Source: Mobula hypostoma (taxonomy: Eukaryota). Taken from it: a stretch of 64,000 bases of DNA. The notes below the pieces were generated by a model. That model saw nothing but the letters and a program-made list of their open reading frames with translations. It did no database searches and was not told the origin of the DNA. This document shows positions 49,900 to 63,412 of this stretch, in pieces. Each line of letters begins with the position of its first letter. Position 1 is the first letter of the stretch. The position numbers were made by a program, and so were the translations under genes. Location of the stretch: contig NC_086097.1 of NCBI RefSeq assembly GCF_963921235.1, positions 96,846,001 to 96,910,000 on the forward strand, in the 5' to 3' direction.

Positions 49900-51280
49900 A
49901 ACAGTTAATCTAATAGTTAAACATACATATGGTTTCAATTTCGTAAATTTTTTGGTTTGAACAAATTTTATTTATTTATTTATTTATTATTAGATTATTT
50001 TATCAAAAATATCTAATTTTTCTCCAACCCTCTGTAATGGATCAAGCCTTTTTGATATGGAAAATGAAGGGTATAATACGTTTTCGTGATTTATTCTTGG
50101 ATAACTGTTTCACGTCCTTTGAACAGTTGTCCGATAAATATAATTTGCCCTGATCCCATTTTTTTTTAGATATTTACAAATAAGAAACCTTTTAAATACT
50201 ATGCTACCTACCTTTCCAAATTCATACTTAACTGATACCTCGGAAAAATTTTTAGGTTTAAATCCTTATCAGTAAGGTTTAATAATAACTATTTATGATA
50301 TAATTATGAAAATACAGCCAGGTATATCCGATAAAACTAAAAATGAATGGGAAAGGGAACTTTGACTTCACTTACCTATAGAGAAATGGGAGTAAATATT
50401 TCAATTAGTTAGATTTTCCTCTGTACGTGCTAAACATACATTGATACAATTTAAGGTGGTGCATAGGGCTGACATGTCTAAAGATAAACTAGCTCATTTT
50501 TACTCCCATATAAATCCTGTTTGTGACAGATGTCACTCTAAGGTAGCTTCTTTGACTCACGTATTCTGGTCTTGCCCTCTTTTGGAAAAATTTTGGAAGG
50601 ATATTTTTGATATTATTTCACCAGTTTTGCACATTGATTTACATCCTCACCCTATTACTGCAATTTTTGGTTTAACCAGTGACGGAACATAGCTCTTTAT
50701 CCACTTCAGCCTGTCAGATGATCGCATTTGTCACATTAATGGCCAGAAGATCCATTTTATTGAATTGGAAAGAGACCAATCCCCCTACTACATTTCAATG
50801 GTTTTCCCAAACTATATCATGTTTAAATTTAGAAAAAATAGAAGTGTCATTTTTGATCCTTCGGTTAAATTTGAAGAGACTTGGAAGCCACTTATTCAAC
50901 ACTTTCTTATGATGCAGCTTGACCTTTTCCGAATCCTTTTTATTAACCTAGAATATATGGATAGAGGAGTGAAGTTGATGACATTATTGACTGTATTCGA
51001 TGTAATATATGCCCAGCTTTGTTTTGTTTTGTTTAGATCAGTTTTTGGTTTAGTTTAATTTAGTTTTTTTCTCTTAGTTTTTTTGTTACTTTGGGGTTTT
51101 GTTTTGTTATTTTTTGTATTTTTCCTTTATATCGAGAGTTTGGGAGGTCTACTATACTTGTATTATCTGTAGCTTTATTTGCATATGTCTATTACCAATA
51201 ATGTAATTCCAATCTCTTTGTATTACTACTGTTACTATGCTTATGAACCTGAAAATTAATAAAAAGATTAAAAAAGGAAA
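49900..51280 (+). mobile_element. L1-clade LINE 3' end, inserted in a CR1 fragment
   Basis: IQFKVVHR...CDRCHSKVASLTHVFWSC, ending aataaaaagattaaaaaagg. Confidence 0.85.
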
Positions 51281-51283
51281 GGC

Positions 51284-52275
51284 AGAAAGTAAGAAGGCAT
51301 GAGATCAAAGGAGGCCTTGTTTTGTGAGTCCAGAATTGGCTTGTCCACAGAAGGCAAAGAGTGGTTGCTGATGACACAAACATTGGGGCTGTTGTGGATA
51401 GTCTGGAGGGTTGTCAGAGGTTACAGCGGGACATTGATAGGATGCAGAACTGGGTTGAGAAGTGGCAGATCGAGTTCAACCCAGATAAGTGTGAAGTGAT
51501 TCACTTTGCTGAGTCAAATTTGAAGACAGAATATAATATTAATGGTAGCACTCTTGGCAGTTTGGAGGATCAGTGAGATCTTGGTGTCCGTGTCTATAGG
51601 ACATTCAAAGCTGCTGTGCAGGTTGACAGTGTTGTTAAGAAGGCATAGGGTGTGATGGCCTTCATTGACCATGGGATTGAGTTCAGAGCCGTGAGGTAAT
51701 GTTACAGTGATATAAGACCTTAGTAAGACTGCAGTTAGAGTATTGTGTTCAGTTCTGGTCACCTCACGACAGGAAGGATGTTGATTTATAGAGAGAGTGC
51801 AGAGGAGACTTACAATGATATTGCCTGGATTGGAGAGTGTGCTTCAGGAGAATAGCTTGAGTAAACTAGGCCTTTTCACCTTGGAGCAACAGAGGATGAA
51901 ATGTGACCTGATAGAGGTGTATAAGATGAAGATAGGCATTGATCATGTGGATCGCCAGAGGCTTTTTCCCAAGGCTGAAATGGCTAACTTGAGAGGGCAT
52001 AGTTATAAGGTGCTTGGAAGTAGGTACAAGGGGGATGTCAGAGGTAAGTTTTTCACACAGAGAGTGGTGGGTGCGTGGAATACACTGCCGGTGAAGGTGG
52101 TAGAGGTAGATACAATAGGGTTTTTCAAGAGACTCTTAGGTACATGGAGCTTAGAAAAATAGAGGGCTATGTGCTAGGGAAATTCTAGACAGTTTCCAGA
52201 GTAGGTTATGTGCTCGGCACAACATTGTGGGCCGAAGGGCCTGTAATGAGCTGTAAATTTCTATGCACTATTTTC
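51284..52275 (+). mobile_element. CR1 RT C-terminus and 3' tail
   Basis: ADDTNIG, WQIEFNPDKCEVIHF and FFTQRVVGAWN. Confidence 0.85.
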
Positions 52276-55200
52276 TACACATCCTGGACAAATATGCTTC
52301 ATAGGCTTTTCTGCAAAATGTTACTTCAGCGTGCATGAAACATGTAAGAAATATCACTTCAGTATGTTGCTTCCCAATAAAGGCAACCCACCCTAGATGG
52401 CACACTGATCCCTCTTAGGATGTATGATGATCATTTTCTTGATTTATTCAAGGGTTGTGGGCTTTGTAGACTGAGCCAGCTTTTTATTGACCATCCCCAG
52501 TTGTCCTTGATAAGGTGGCGGTGAGCTGCCTTCTTCAACTGCTGCAGTCTTTAAGATTCAGGTAAATCAAATTAACAGAGAGCTATTTGCCCTGGAAGTG
52601 AAAAAGTGAATTCACCGACAGGTGAATGTTCTCAATACTGCTGATGGGTCAGGAGTGAGCAGCAACCTCAGTGCTTTGACAAATTGGGACAGTAGATGGC
52701 GCAAGACAGCAGGAAGTGATACTAATTTATCAGTCTCGTTGCTTGTATTTAGACACCTACACTGAAAGTTCATTACTTCAGGATATGAATATCAGAGCAC
52801 ATGAGCTTTGACTGTCAGGGGTACAATCATTCAAATGTTACAGTATTGCAGGGTGTGAGACCCTGTTTGGAAAACCTCTCTATATTCAGGACCACTGAAC
52901 TACCTCGACCACTGCAGACATTATTCATTGCATTCACACTTTGAATGCAAGGCTTCTTTGCACAGTTCAGTATCTATAGGCACTAATAGCAAATGTCCAA
53001 ATAGAAACTGTTTAAATGTTGTGGAAAAAATCAGTTAATAATGTCCCATGATGTAGAAATGGAGGAGGCAGTTATTGTTCTGTGATTCAGTGGAGTAGCT
53101 GGTTATTTGTTTTTCAATGTGTGGGAAATATTTAAATTTATTGATATCTCGTGATAGTCTATTTCTGCCTAAGGGTCCATCCTTGGAACTCTACTATTTC
53201 TTATCTACGTGGAAAGCTTTGGTGACATGAAGAAGAAGGAAGTCTGAGAATCGGAGCGGGAGAGCAGCGGAAGCCATTTTGAATTTTTCATTTTTTCATC
53301 AGAGTTAAGAGAGGAGGGACTGCGCTGGCATGTGACGTCGGGCAGTGAAGCACGGAAGATTTAAAAGGAACACAGCCTTATACAGCGGGCAGCATTGTTT
53401 TGCGGGCGGCGGAGTGAACTGGGAGCAGAGTGAAGGCCTAAGGGCTTTGGATCAACGGGCTTAGGCGGAAACAGGCGAGGCGATGAAGGATTGGTTTTCA
53501 ATTTTTCCTGTTATTTGAGGAAAGGTGTGAAGTATGAATGTGAAGGCAGCTTGTTCTCGGTGTCGGATCTGGGACGTCCTGGAGTCTCCCAGCCTCCCGG
53601 ACGTCTACATCTGCGCCAGGTGTGCCGAGCTGCAGCTCCTAAAGGACCGTGTTAGGGAACTGGAGCTGCAGCTCGATGACCTTCGTCTGGTCAGGGTGAG
53701 TGAGGAGTTGATAGAGAGGAGTTGCAGGCAGGTGGTCACGCCGGGGCCACGGGAGACAGACAAGTGGGTCACAGTTAGGAAGGGGAAGGAAAAGGGTCAG
53801 GTACTAGAGAGTCCCCCGGTGGTTGTGCCCCTTGACAATAAGTACTCCTCCTTGAGTACTGTTTCATGTGGGACAGCTTACCCGGGGGAAGCGACAGTGG
53901 CCGTGCCTCCAGCACAGAGTCCAGCCCTGTAGCTCAGAAGGGTAGGGAAAGGAAGAGGTGGGCAGTAGTAATAGGGAACTCTATAGTTAGGGGATCAGAT
54001 AGGCGATTCTGTGGATGCAGTCAGGAGACCCGGATGGTAGTTTTCCTCCCTGGTGCCAGGGTCCGGGATATTTCTGATCGCGTCCAAGATATCCTGAAGT
54101 GGGAGGGTGAGGAGCCAGAGGTCGTGGTACATATAGGTACCAATGACATGGGTAGGAAAAGGGAAGAGGTCCTGTAAAGAGAATATAGGGAGTTCGGAAA
54201 GGAGTTGAGAAGAAGGACCGCAAGGGGGTAGTAATCTCAGGATTACTGCCCGTGCCACGCGACAGTGAGAGTAGGAATGGAATGGGGTGGAGGATAAATG
54301 CCTGGCTGAGGGACTGGAGAGGGGTCAGGGATTCAAGTTTTTGGATCATTGGGATCTCTTTTGGCGCAGGTGTGACCTGTACAAAAAAGATGGGTTGCAC
54401 TTGAATCCTAGGGGGCCAATATCCTGGTGGGGAGATTTGCGAAGGCTCCCGAGAAGACTTCAAACTAGAATGGTTGGGGGTTGTGAATCAAATTGAAGAG
54501 ACTATGAGAGAGGAGGTTAGTTCACAAATAGAGAAAGCTAGTAGACAGTGTGTGAGGGAGGATAGACGGGGGACGGAGAATGGGAGCACACAGACCAAAG
54601 ATGTAGGGGAGAAGGAAGAAAAAAATAACAAACTTGTTTGCTCCATTAGGAATAAACAGAGAGTAAGAGGTGGAGAGTTTCTTAAATGCATCTATTTTAA
54701 TGCTGGGAGCATTGTAAGAAACGTGGATGAGCTTAGAGCATGGATTGATACCTGGAAATGTGATGTTGTAGCTATTAGTGAAACATGGCTGCAGGAGGGG
54801 TGTGATTGGCAACTAAATATTCCTGGATTTCGTTGCTTCAGGTGTGATAGAATCAGAGGGGCAAGAGGCGGCGGAGGTGTTGCATGCTTGTGAGAGAAAA
54901 TATAACAGCAGTACTTTGGTAGGATAGATTAGAGGATTCGTCTAGGGAGGCTATTTGGGTGGAATTGAGGAATGGGAAAGGTGTAGTGATGCTTATAGGG
55001 GTGTATTATAGACCACCTAATGGGGAGCGAGAATTGGAGGAGCAAATTTATAAGGAGATAGCAGATATTTGTAGTAAGCACAAGGTTGTGATTGTGGGAG
55101 ATTTTAATTTTCCACACATTGACTGGGAAGTCCATTCTGTAAAAGGGCTGGATGGTTTGAAGTTTGTAAAATGTGTGCAAGATAGTTTTCTGCAGCAATA

Positions 55201-56642
55201 CATAGAGGTACCAACTAGAGAAGGGGCAGTGTTGGATCTCCTGTTAGGGAATGAGATAGAGCAGATGACGGAGGTGTGTGTTGGGGAGTACTTCGGGTCC
55301 AGTGATCATAATACCATTAGTTTCAATATAATTATGGAGAAGGATAGGACTGGACCCAGGGTGGAGATTTTTGATTGGAGAAAGGCTAACTTTGAGGAGG
55401 TGCAAAAGGATTTAGGAGTGGATTGGGACAATTTGTTTTATGGGAAGGATGTAATAGAGAAATGGAGGTCATTTAAAGGTGAAATTTTGAGGGTACAGGA
55501 TCTTTATGTTCCTGTTAGGTTGAAAGGAAAGGTTAAAAGTTTGAGAGAGCCATGGTTTTCAAGGGATATTGGAAACTTGGTTTGGGAAAAGAGAGGGATC
55601 TACAATAAATACAGGCAGCTTGGAGTAAATGAAGTGCTCAAGGAATATAAAGAATGTAAAAAGAATCTTAAGAAAGAAATTAGAAAAGCTAAAAGAAGAT
55701 ATGAGGCTGTTTTGGCAAGTAAGGTGAAAATAAATCCAAAGGGTTTCTACAGTTATATTAATAGCAAAAGGATAGTGAGGGATAAAATTGGTCCCTTAGA
55801 GAATCAGAGTGGACGGCTATGTGCGGAACCAAAAGAGATGGGGGAGATTTTGAACGATTTCTTTTCTTCGCTATTCACTAAGGAGAAGGATATTGAATTG
55901 TGTAAGGTAAGCGAAACAAGAAGGGTAGTTAAGGAAAGTATGATAATTAAGGAAGAGGAAGTACTGGCGCTTTTAAGGAATATAAAAGTGGATAAGTCTC
56001 CAGGTCCGGTCAGGATATTCCCTAGGACCTTGAGGAAAGTTAATGTGGAAATAGCAGGGGCTCTGACAGAAATATTTCAAATGTCATTAGAAACGGGGAT
56101 GGTGCCGGAGGATTGGCATATTGTTCATGTTGTTCCATTGTTTAAAAAGGGTTCTAAGAGTAAACCTAGCAATTGTTGGCCCGTGAGTTTGACGTCAGTG
56201 GTGGGTAAATTGATGGAAAGCATTCTTAGAGATGGCATATATAATTATCTGCATAGACAGGGTCTGAATAAGAACAGCCAACATGGATTTGTGCATGGAA
56301 GGTCAGGTTTGACAAATCTTACCGAATTTTTTGATGAGGTTACTAGGAAAGTCGAGGAGGGTAAAGCAGTGGATGTTGTCTATATGGACTTCAGTAAGGC
56401 CTTTGACAAGGTTCCACATGGAAGGTTAGTTAGGACGGTTCAATCGTTAGGTATTAATATCGAAGTAGTGAAATGAATTCAGCTGGCTGGCTGGAAGACA
56501 CCAGAGAGTAGTGGTGGATAACTGTGTGTCAGATTGGAGGGTGGTGTCTAGTGGTGTGCCTCAGGGATCTGTACTGGGTCCAATGTTGTTTGTCATATAT
56601 ATTAATGATCTGGATTATAGGGTGGTAAATTGGATTAGTAAG

Positions 56643-59600
56643 TCGAAGCAAGCAGCTGAGAAGAAGGGAGTGAAGATATTGGGTGCAAAAAGTCTTTTTT
56701 TTTAAACACTGCTCGGAGAGAAGGGTCTGCACTGTGCAGGTGCATGACGTAGCGTGCCAAGTTTTAAAAAGAGAAATTTTCAACGGTTCTTGTTTCAATC
56801 GAAGCAAGCAGCTGAGAAGAAGAGAGTGAAGATATTGGGTGCAAAAAGTCTTTTTTTTAAAACACTGCTCAGGGAGAAGAGTCTGCACTGTGCAGGCGCG
56901 TAACGTAGCGCGCCAGGGTTTAAAAACAGACCACCATATACAGCGGGCAGCGTTGTGAGCAGGCAGCAGAGTGAGAGGGAGCAGAGTAGGATGGCTTTGG
57001 CTCAACAGGCTTCGGTGAGAACAGGCAGAGGCCAGGGTAGGTTCTGGTAAGTTTTTCTGTCCAGATTGTTTAGAGTAGAGAGAATGCCAGGCAGGATATT
57101 GGAATGCTCCTCCTGCAAGATGTGGGAAGTCAGGGAGCCCTCCAGTGTCCCTGACAACGACACCTGCAAGAAGTGCATCCAGCTGCAGCTCCTAACAATC
57201 ACGTTAGGGAACTGGAGCAGGAGCTGGATGACCTCTGGATCATTCGGGAAAATGAGGAGATTATAGATAGTAGCTACAGGGAGGTAGTTACTCCAAAGGA
57301 GCACAGCACAGGAAATTGGGTCATTTTCAGGCGAGGGAAGAGGAAAGGGCAGGCAGAGCAGGGTTCCCCTGTGGCCATTCCCCTCAAAAACAAGTATACC
57401 GTATTGGATACTGTTGGGGGGGATGACTTACTTGGGACAAGCTGCAGTAGCCGGATCTCTGGCACTGAGTCTAGTTCTGCAGTGCAGAAGGGAGGGTGGA
57501 AAAAGAGGAGAGCGGTAGTGATAGGGGACTCCATAGTTAGAGGTACTGTGAGGGAATCCAGGAGTGCCCCTATTGACTGTTTGAAGAGAGACAGAGAGAG
57601 AGTTATTTACTACCGATATGTTGCTTTTGAAAAGAGAGAGAGAGAGAGAAGAAGATTAATGGTTGGACTGTCACTTTAAGGCACTGGAAGTAACTTTGGA
57701 TTTCTACTGAGTTTGGGTTTGGAGACAGTACCGAGCAGCTTGAAAGTTGCTATGGTGACCGACAGGACATTATTGATGTTACTTTCAAGGACTTGTTGCC
57801 TGCTTGCATTTCTTTGCAGACAAAGGAAGGAGGGACTCTTTGAATGACAGGAGATGTTCAGCCTGGTGAAGTAAATGGGAGGTCAGATGATACAGACCTC
57901 AGACACATGATCTGGACATTGAATGAGCAGTGTTGTGCCCGCAGAGAAAGTGGGTTTTGGAGGATCGATCAGGCGGATCGATCCAAATTGCTATTCCAGC
58001 GGTGATGAAGGGGTTGACTGGTGGGGAGTTGTCTATGTGTCCACCCTTGCTGGGGTGATAGCTCCACCACAGGAAAACCGGTCCCCCTGGTTAAAGTCAC
58101 AGTCAGTGACTTGTAAAGGATTTCGGAGGACGACGAGAAAATCGACGGCAACAGCTCACCTGAAGACTCAACTCTCTCTCTCTCTCTCTCTCCATCACTA
58201 TTTAACTCAATACCACGAACTGAACTGAACTGAACTTTACTCAACATCGTAAGTCTGTATCTTTTTACCCCTAGACTTAGAGAAGTTTGGTTTTTCATAC
58301 ATATATATTCAACACTTACTTTTATCTATAATTCTTGCTAACCTGTTTGATTTATCTTCAATTAGTTTACTGTATTGCGTAGTTACTAATAAATATTAGT
58401 AGTTTATAGCAATACTGGACTCCAAAGTGGTTTCTATTTCTGCTGGTTTCTTTATTCCCGTCATGGGGTACGTGACAGTACAGATAGGAGGTTCTGTGGT
58501 CGTGACAGAGAATTCAGGATTGTTTGTTGCCTCCTGAGTGCCAGGGTCAAGGATGTCTCTGATTGATGGCATGACATTCTGAAGTGGGAGGGTGATCAGC
58601 CAGATGTCATGGTGCACATCGGTACCAATGACATAACAAGGAAGAGTGAGGAGGTCCTGGAGAATGAGTATAGAGTGCTTGGTAGGAAGTTGAAAAGCAG
58701 AACCTCGAGGGTGGTAATCGCAGGATTGCTACCTGTGCTACGTGCCAGTGAGGGTAAGAATAGGATGCTCTGGAGGAGGCACAAGTGGCTGAGGAACTGG
58801 TGTAGGGGGCAGGGTTTCAGATTTCAGGGTCACTGGGACCTCTTCTGGGGCAGGTGGGACCTGTGCAAGAGAGACAGGTTACACTTGAACTACAAGGGGA
58901 CCAATATCCTTTCAGGGAGGTTTGTTAGCGCTGTTGGGGAGGCTTTAAACTAGATTTGCAGGGGGATGGGAACCAGAGTGCCAGAGCTGACAGTGTGGCT
59001 GGAGTGAAAATAAATGATGCTAAAAGTTCAAGCAAATCCGCTAATAGAAAGGTTGTGAGTGGTGGTAAAAATCTTCTGAGGTGTATATATTTCAATGCTA
59101 GGAGTATTGCGGGGAAGGCAGATGAGTTGAGGGTGTGGATTGACACGTGGAATTATGACGTTACAGCAATTAGTGAAACTTGGCTACAGGAAGGGCAGGA
59201 CTGGCAGCTTAATATTCCAGGGTTCCGATGTTTCAGATGTGATCGAGGCAGAGGAATGAAAGGTGGGGGAGTAGCATTGCTTGTCAGGGAAAATGTTACA
59301 GCAGTGCTCAGGCAGGACAGATTAGAGGGCTTGTCTACTGAGTCCCTATAGGTGGAGCTGAGAAACAGGAAAGGTAAGGCCACATTAGTGGGGTTGTATT
59401 ATAGACCACCCAACAGTTAGCGAGAATTGGAGGAGCAAATCTGCAGAGAGATAGCAGGCAACTGCAGGAAACATAAAGTTGTGGTGTAGGGGATTTTAAT
59501 TTTCCACATATTGATTGGGACTCCCATACGGTTAGGGGTCTAGATGGGTTAGAGTTTGTAAAATGTGTTCAGGAAAGTTTTCTAAATCAATATATAGAGG

Positions 59601-61951
59601 TGCCAACTAGAAGGGATGCAATATTAGATCTCCTATTAGGAAATGAGTTAGGACAAGTGACGGAAGTGTGTATAGGGGAGCACTTTAGTTCCAGTGATCA
59701 CAACACCATTAGTTTCAACTTGATCATGGATAAAGATAGATCTGGTCCTAGGGTTGAGGTTCTAACCTGGAAGAAGGCCAAATTTGAAGAAATGAGAAAG
59801 GATCTAAAAAGCGTGGATTGGGACAGGTTGTTCTCTGGCAAGGATGTGACTGGTAAGTGGGAGGCCTTCAAAGGAGAAATTTTGAGAGTACAGAGCTTGT
59901 ATGTTCCTGTCAGGATTAAAGTCAAAGTGAATAGGAATAAGGAACCTTGGTTCTCACAGGATCTTGCAACTCTGATAAAGAAGAAGAAAGAGTTGTATGA
60001 CATGTATAGGAAACAGGGAGTAAATAAGGTGCTTGAAGAGTATAAAAAGTGCAAGAAAATACTTAAGAAAGAAATCAGGAGGGCTAAAAGAAGACATGAG
60101 GTTGCCTTGGCAGTCAAAGTGAAGGATAATCCAAAGAGCTTTTACAGGTATATTAAGAACAAAAGGATTGTAAGGGATAAAACTGGTCCTCTTGAAGATC
60201 AGAGTGGTCGGCTATGTGCAGAACCAAAAGAAATGGGGGAGATCTTAAATGGGTTTTTTGCATCTGTATTTACTAAGGAAACTGGCATGAAGTCTATGGA
60301 ATTAAGGGAAACAAGTAGTGAGATCATGGAAACTGTACAGATTGAAAAGGAGGAGGTGCTTGCTATCTTGAGGCAAATTAAAGTGGATAAATCCCCAGGA
60401 CCTGACAGGGTATTCCCTCAGACCTTGAAGGAGACTAGTGTTGAAATTGCAGGGGCCCTGGCGGATATATTTAAAATGTCGGTGTCTACAGGTGAGGCAC
60501 CAGAGGATTGGAGAATGGCTCATATTGTTCCGTTGTTTAAAAAAAGATTGAAAAGTAATCCGGGAAATTATAGGCCAGTAAGTTTGACGTCGGTAGTGGA
60601 TAAGCTATTGGAGGGAGTACTAAGAGACAGAATCTATTTGGATAGACAGGGACTTATTAGGGAGAGTCAACATGGCTTTGTGCATGGTAGGTCATGTTTG
60701 ACCAATCTGTTGGGAGTTTTTCGAGGAGGTTACCAGGAAGGTGGATGAAGGGAAGGCAGTGGATATTGTCTACATGGACTTCAGTAAGGCCTTTGACAAG
60801 GTTCCACATGGGAGGTTAGTTAGGAAAATTCAGTCACTCGGTATACATAGAGAGGTAGTAAATTGGATTAGACATTGGCTCAAGGGAAGAAGCCAAAGAG
60901 TGGTAGTAGAGAATTGCTTCTCAGAGTGGAGGCCTGTGACTAGTGGTGTGCCACAGGGATCAGTGCTGGGTCCATTGTTATTTGTCATCTATATCAATGA
61001 TCTGGATGATAATGTGGTAAATTGGATCAGCAAATTTGCTGATGATACAAAGATTGGAGGTGTAGTGGACAATGAGGAAGTTTTTCAAAGCTTCTAGAGG
61101 GATTTGGACCAGCTGGAAAAATGGGCTGAAAAATGGCAGATGGAGTTTAATACAGACAAGTGTGAGGTATTGCACTTTGGAAGGACAAACCAAGGTAGAA
61201 CATACAGGGTAAATGGTAAGGCACTGAGGAGTGCAGTAGAACAGAGGGATCTGGGAATACAGATACAAAATTCCCTAAAAGTGGTGTCACAGGTAGATAG
61301 AGTCATAAAGAGAGCTTTTTGTACATTGGCCTTTATTAATCAAAGTATTGAGTATAAGAGCTGGAATGTTGTGATGAGGTTGTATAAGGCATTGGTGAGG
61401 CCGAATATGGAGTATTGTGTTCAGTTTTGGTCACCAAATTACAGGAAGGATATTAATGAGGTTGAAAGAGTGCAGAGAAGGTTTACAAGGATGTTGCCGG
61501 GACTTGAGAAACTCAGTTACAGGGAAAGGTTGAATAGGTAAGGGCTTTATTCCCTGGAGTGTAGAAGAATGAGGGGAGATTTGATAGAGGTATATAAAAT
61601 TATGATGGGTATAGATAGAGTGAATGCAAGCAGGCATTTTCCACTGAGGCAAGGGGAGGAAAAAACCAGAGGACATGGGTTAAGGGTGAGGGGGGGAAAG
61701 TTTAAAGGGAACATTAGTGGGGGCTTCTTCACACAGAGAGTGGTGGGAGTATGGAATGAGCTGCCAGACGAGGTGGTAAATGCGGGTTCTTTTTTAACAT
61801 TTAAGAATAAATTGGACAGATACATGGATGGGAGGTGTATGGAGGGATATGGTCCGTGTGCAGGTCAGTGGGACTAGGCAGAAAATGGTTCAGCACAGCC
61901 AAGAAGGGCCAAAAGGCCTGTTTCCGTGCTGTAGTTTTTCTATGGTTTCTT
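56643..61951 (+). mobile_element. Inner full-length CR1 with a duplicated 5' monomer and an LTR insertion
   Basis: ORF1 CSSC..CKKC..IGDSIVRGT..HIGTND. ORF2 APE/RT contains FADDTKIG. Tail tctatggtttct. Confidence 0.92.
57547..58477 (+). mobile_element. Solo LTR (931 bp) with 4-bp TSD GTAC
   Basis: gtac|TGTGAG...GTGACA|gtac, with AATAAA near 58388. It interrupts CR1 ORF1 at GDSIVRGT|DRRFCG. Confidence 0.92.
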
Positions 61952-63412
61952 AGTATGGAGATGATACTAAGATAGGTGGAGTTGTGGATAATGAAGTAGG
62001 TTTTCAAAGTTTGCAGACAGAATTAGACCACTTAGAAGAGTGGGCTGAAAGATGGTAGATGGAGTTTAATGCTGATAAATGTGAGGTGCTACATTTTGGT
62101 AGGACTAATCAAAATAGGACATACATGGTAAATGGTAGGACATTGAAAAATGCAGTAGAACAGAGGGATCTAGGAATAATGGTGCATAGTTCCCTGAAAG
62201 TGGAATCTCATGTGGATGGGATGGTGAAGAAAGCTTTTGGTATGCTGGCCTTTATAAATCAAAGCATTGAGTATAGGAGATGGGATGTAATGTTGAAATT
62301 CTATAAGGCATTGGTAAGGCCAAATTTGGAGTATTGTATACAGTTCTGGTCACTGAATTATAGGAAAGATGTCAATAAAATTGAGAGAATACAGAGGAGA
62401 TTTACTAGAATGTGGCCTGCATTTCATCTCCTAAGTTACAGAGAAAGGTTGAACAAGTTAGGTCTTTATTCTTTGGAGCGTAGAAAGTTGAGAGGGGACT
62501 TGATAGAGGTATTTAAAATTATGAGGGGGATAGATAGAGTTGACATGGATAGGCTTTTTCCACTGAGAATGGGGGAGATTCAAACAAGAGGACACGAGTT
62601 GAGAGTTAAAGGGCAAAAGTTTAGGGGTAACAGGAGGGGGAACTTCTTTACTCAGAGAGTGGTAGCTGTGTGGAGCGAGCTTCCAGCAGAAGTGGTTGAG
62701 GCAGGTTCGATATTGTCATTTAAAGTTAAATTGGATGGATATATGGACAGGAAAGGAATGGAGGGTTATGGGCTGAGTGCAGGTCAGTGAGACTAGGTGA
62801 GAGTAAGAGTTCAGCATGGACTAGAAGGGCCGAGATGGCCTGTTTCCGTGCTGTAATTGTTATATGGTTATATGATCCAAATGCTTACGATTGGGTTCAG
62901 CTGATGATGTCAAACTCCACCACAGTAACACCTCTCTCACCAGCTCCAAATTGCCCATGTGCTGCATTGGAAAAGCAGAATCTTCTTCAACTGAATACAT
63001 GTATTGTGAAGTCCATCACCAACGTTTTGGTCTCCTGCACAAATTCCATTTTCTGGTTAATAACTTTATTCATTTCCCTTGACTGTTTGTAAATCTGGTT
63101 CCTCCTTAAGCAAAATGTAACCAAGGTGCTTCCTTTTACCCCAGTAGCCTTGTCAGACTCTTCCCCTCCTACAGCTGGTTCTTGTTGAAACACTGATCCT
63201 TCCATTTGTCCAGACCTGCTTATTGCATTGCTCCACGAGATGGTTCACAAGCGTTTATCTGAACTCATGTTGCCTAATTACTAACAGTCAGGACGAGGCT
63301 GAAAGGTGGCTGTGTTTAATCCTTTTATCTGTGTCATTTTACAGTTGTATAATTCATTTTCTACTATTTCTCTGGCTCATATGTCTATTGCGTAGATATA
63401 TTTCTTTTCTTA

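Larger units (their letters stand above)
53225..62875 (+). mobile_element. Outer full-length CR1 (5' UTR, ORF1 zinc finger/coiled coil + SGNH esterase, ORF2), split at ~56642/61951 by an inner CR1
   Basis: ORF1 CSRC..CARC..GNSIVRG..HIGTND..DGLHLN. ORF2 54959-56476 is open. The RT breaks at NWISK and resumes at YGDDTKIG (61952), then ORF 62059-62790. Confidence 0.9.
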
